A stretch of DNA of 63,947 nt, counting the filler, from Kipferlia bialata (taxonomy: Eukaryota), in assembly GCA_003568945.1 (NCBI GenBank). It is 7 parts of 7 records of this genome, joined end to end, with 100 filler letters (N's around TTAATTAATTAA, not from the genome) between each part and the next. Parts side by side here need not be neighbours in the genome. Positions count along the whole stretch, not along the records: positions 62,027 to 63,947 come from BDIP01001532.1; 6 more parts are not named here. One strand, 5' to 3'. Below the pieces are notes generated by a model. It was not told where the DNA came from, did not search any database, and saw nothing but the letters and a program-made list of their open reading frames with translations. Position 1 is the stretch's first letter, and each line of letters starts with the position of its first letter. Positions 63,942 to 63,947 of the stretch are shown here, piece by piece. The position numbers and the translations under genes are program-made.

Positions 63942-63947
63942 ATATAC

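Overview
Eukaryotic genomic DNA made of seven unrelated contigs (1-10248, 10349-20592, 20693-30931, 31032-41265, 41366-51598, 51699-61926, 62027-63947). They are joined by artificial 100-bp N44-TTAATTAATTAA-N44 spacers, and the six complete ones are about 10.2 kb in descending length. Six contigs carry very intron-dense genes with short exons, (TA)n/(GA)n-filled GT-AG introns and a branch point fused to the acceptor (YTNAC-N4-5-AG). This style suggests an intron-rich metamonad such as the fornicate Kipferlia (inference; test with the 18S). Genes recognisable after manual splicing: a degenerate kinesin-like coiled-coil protein, a BRO1-domain protein, a TLDc protein, an RI-like LRR protein with one repeat per exon, a frameshifted kelch gene, a membrane-anchored beta-strand-repeat (fibre-like) protein, a possible Ada3-like protein and several low-complexity hypotheticals. 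One contig is a complete 9108-bp rDNA unit with a 1120-bp terminal direct repeat. The most unusual signal is pervasive 'exon echoes': introns and 3' flanks hold 1-4 partial copies of the adjacent exon end (with its GT) or exon start (with its AG). These copies differ from the real exon almost only at synonymous positions (22 synonymous vs 3 non-synonymous codon differences in four hand-aligned pairs), which neutral decay does not predict. Exon coordinates were read by eye and are approximate.
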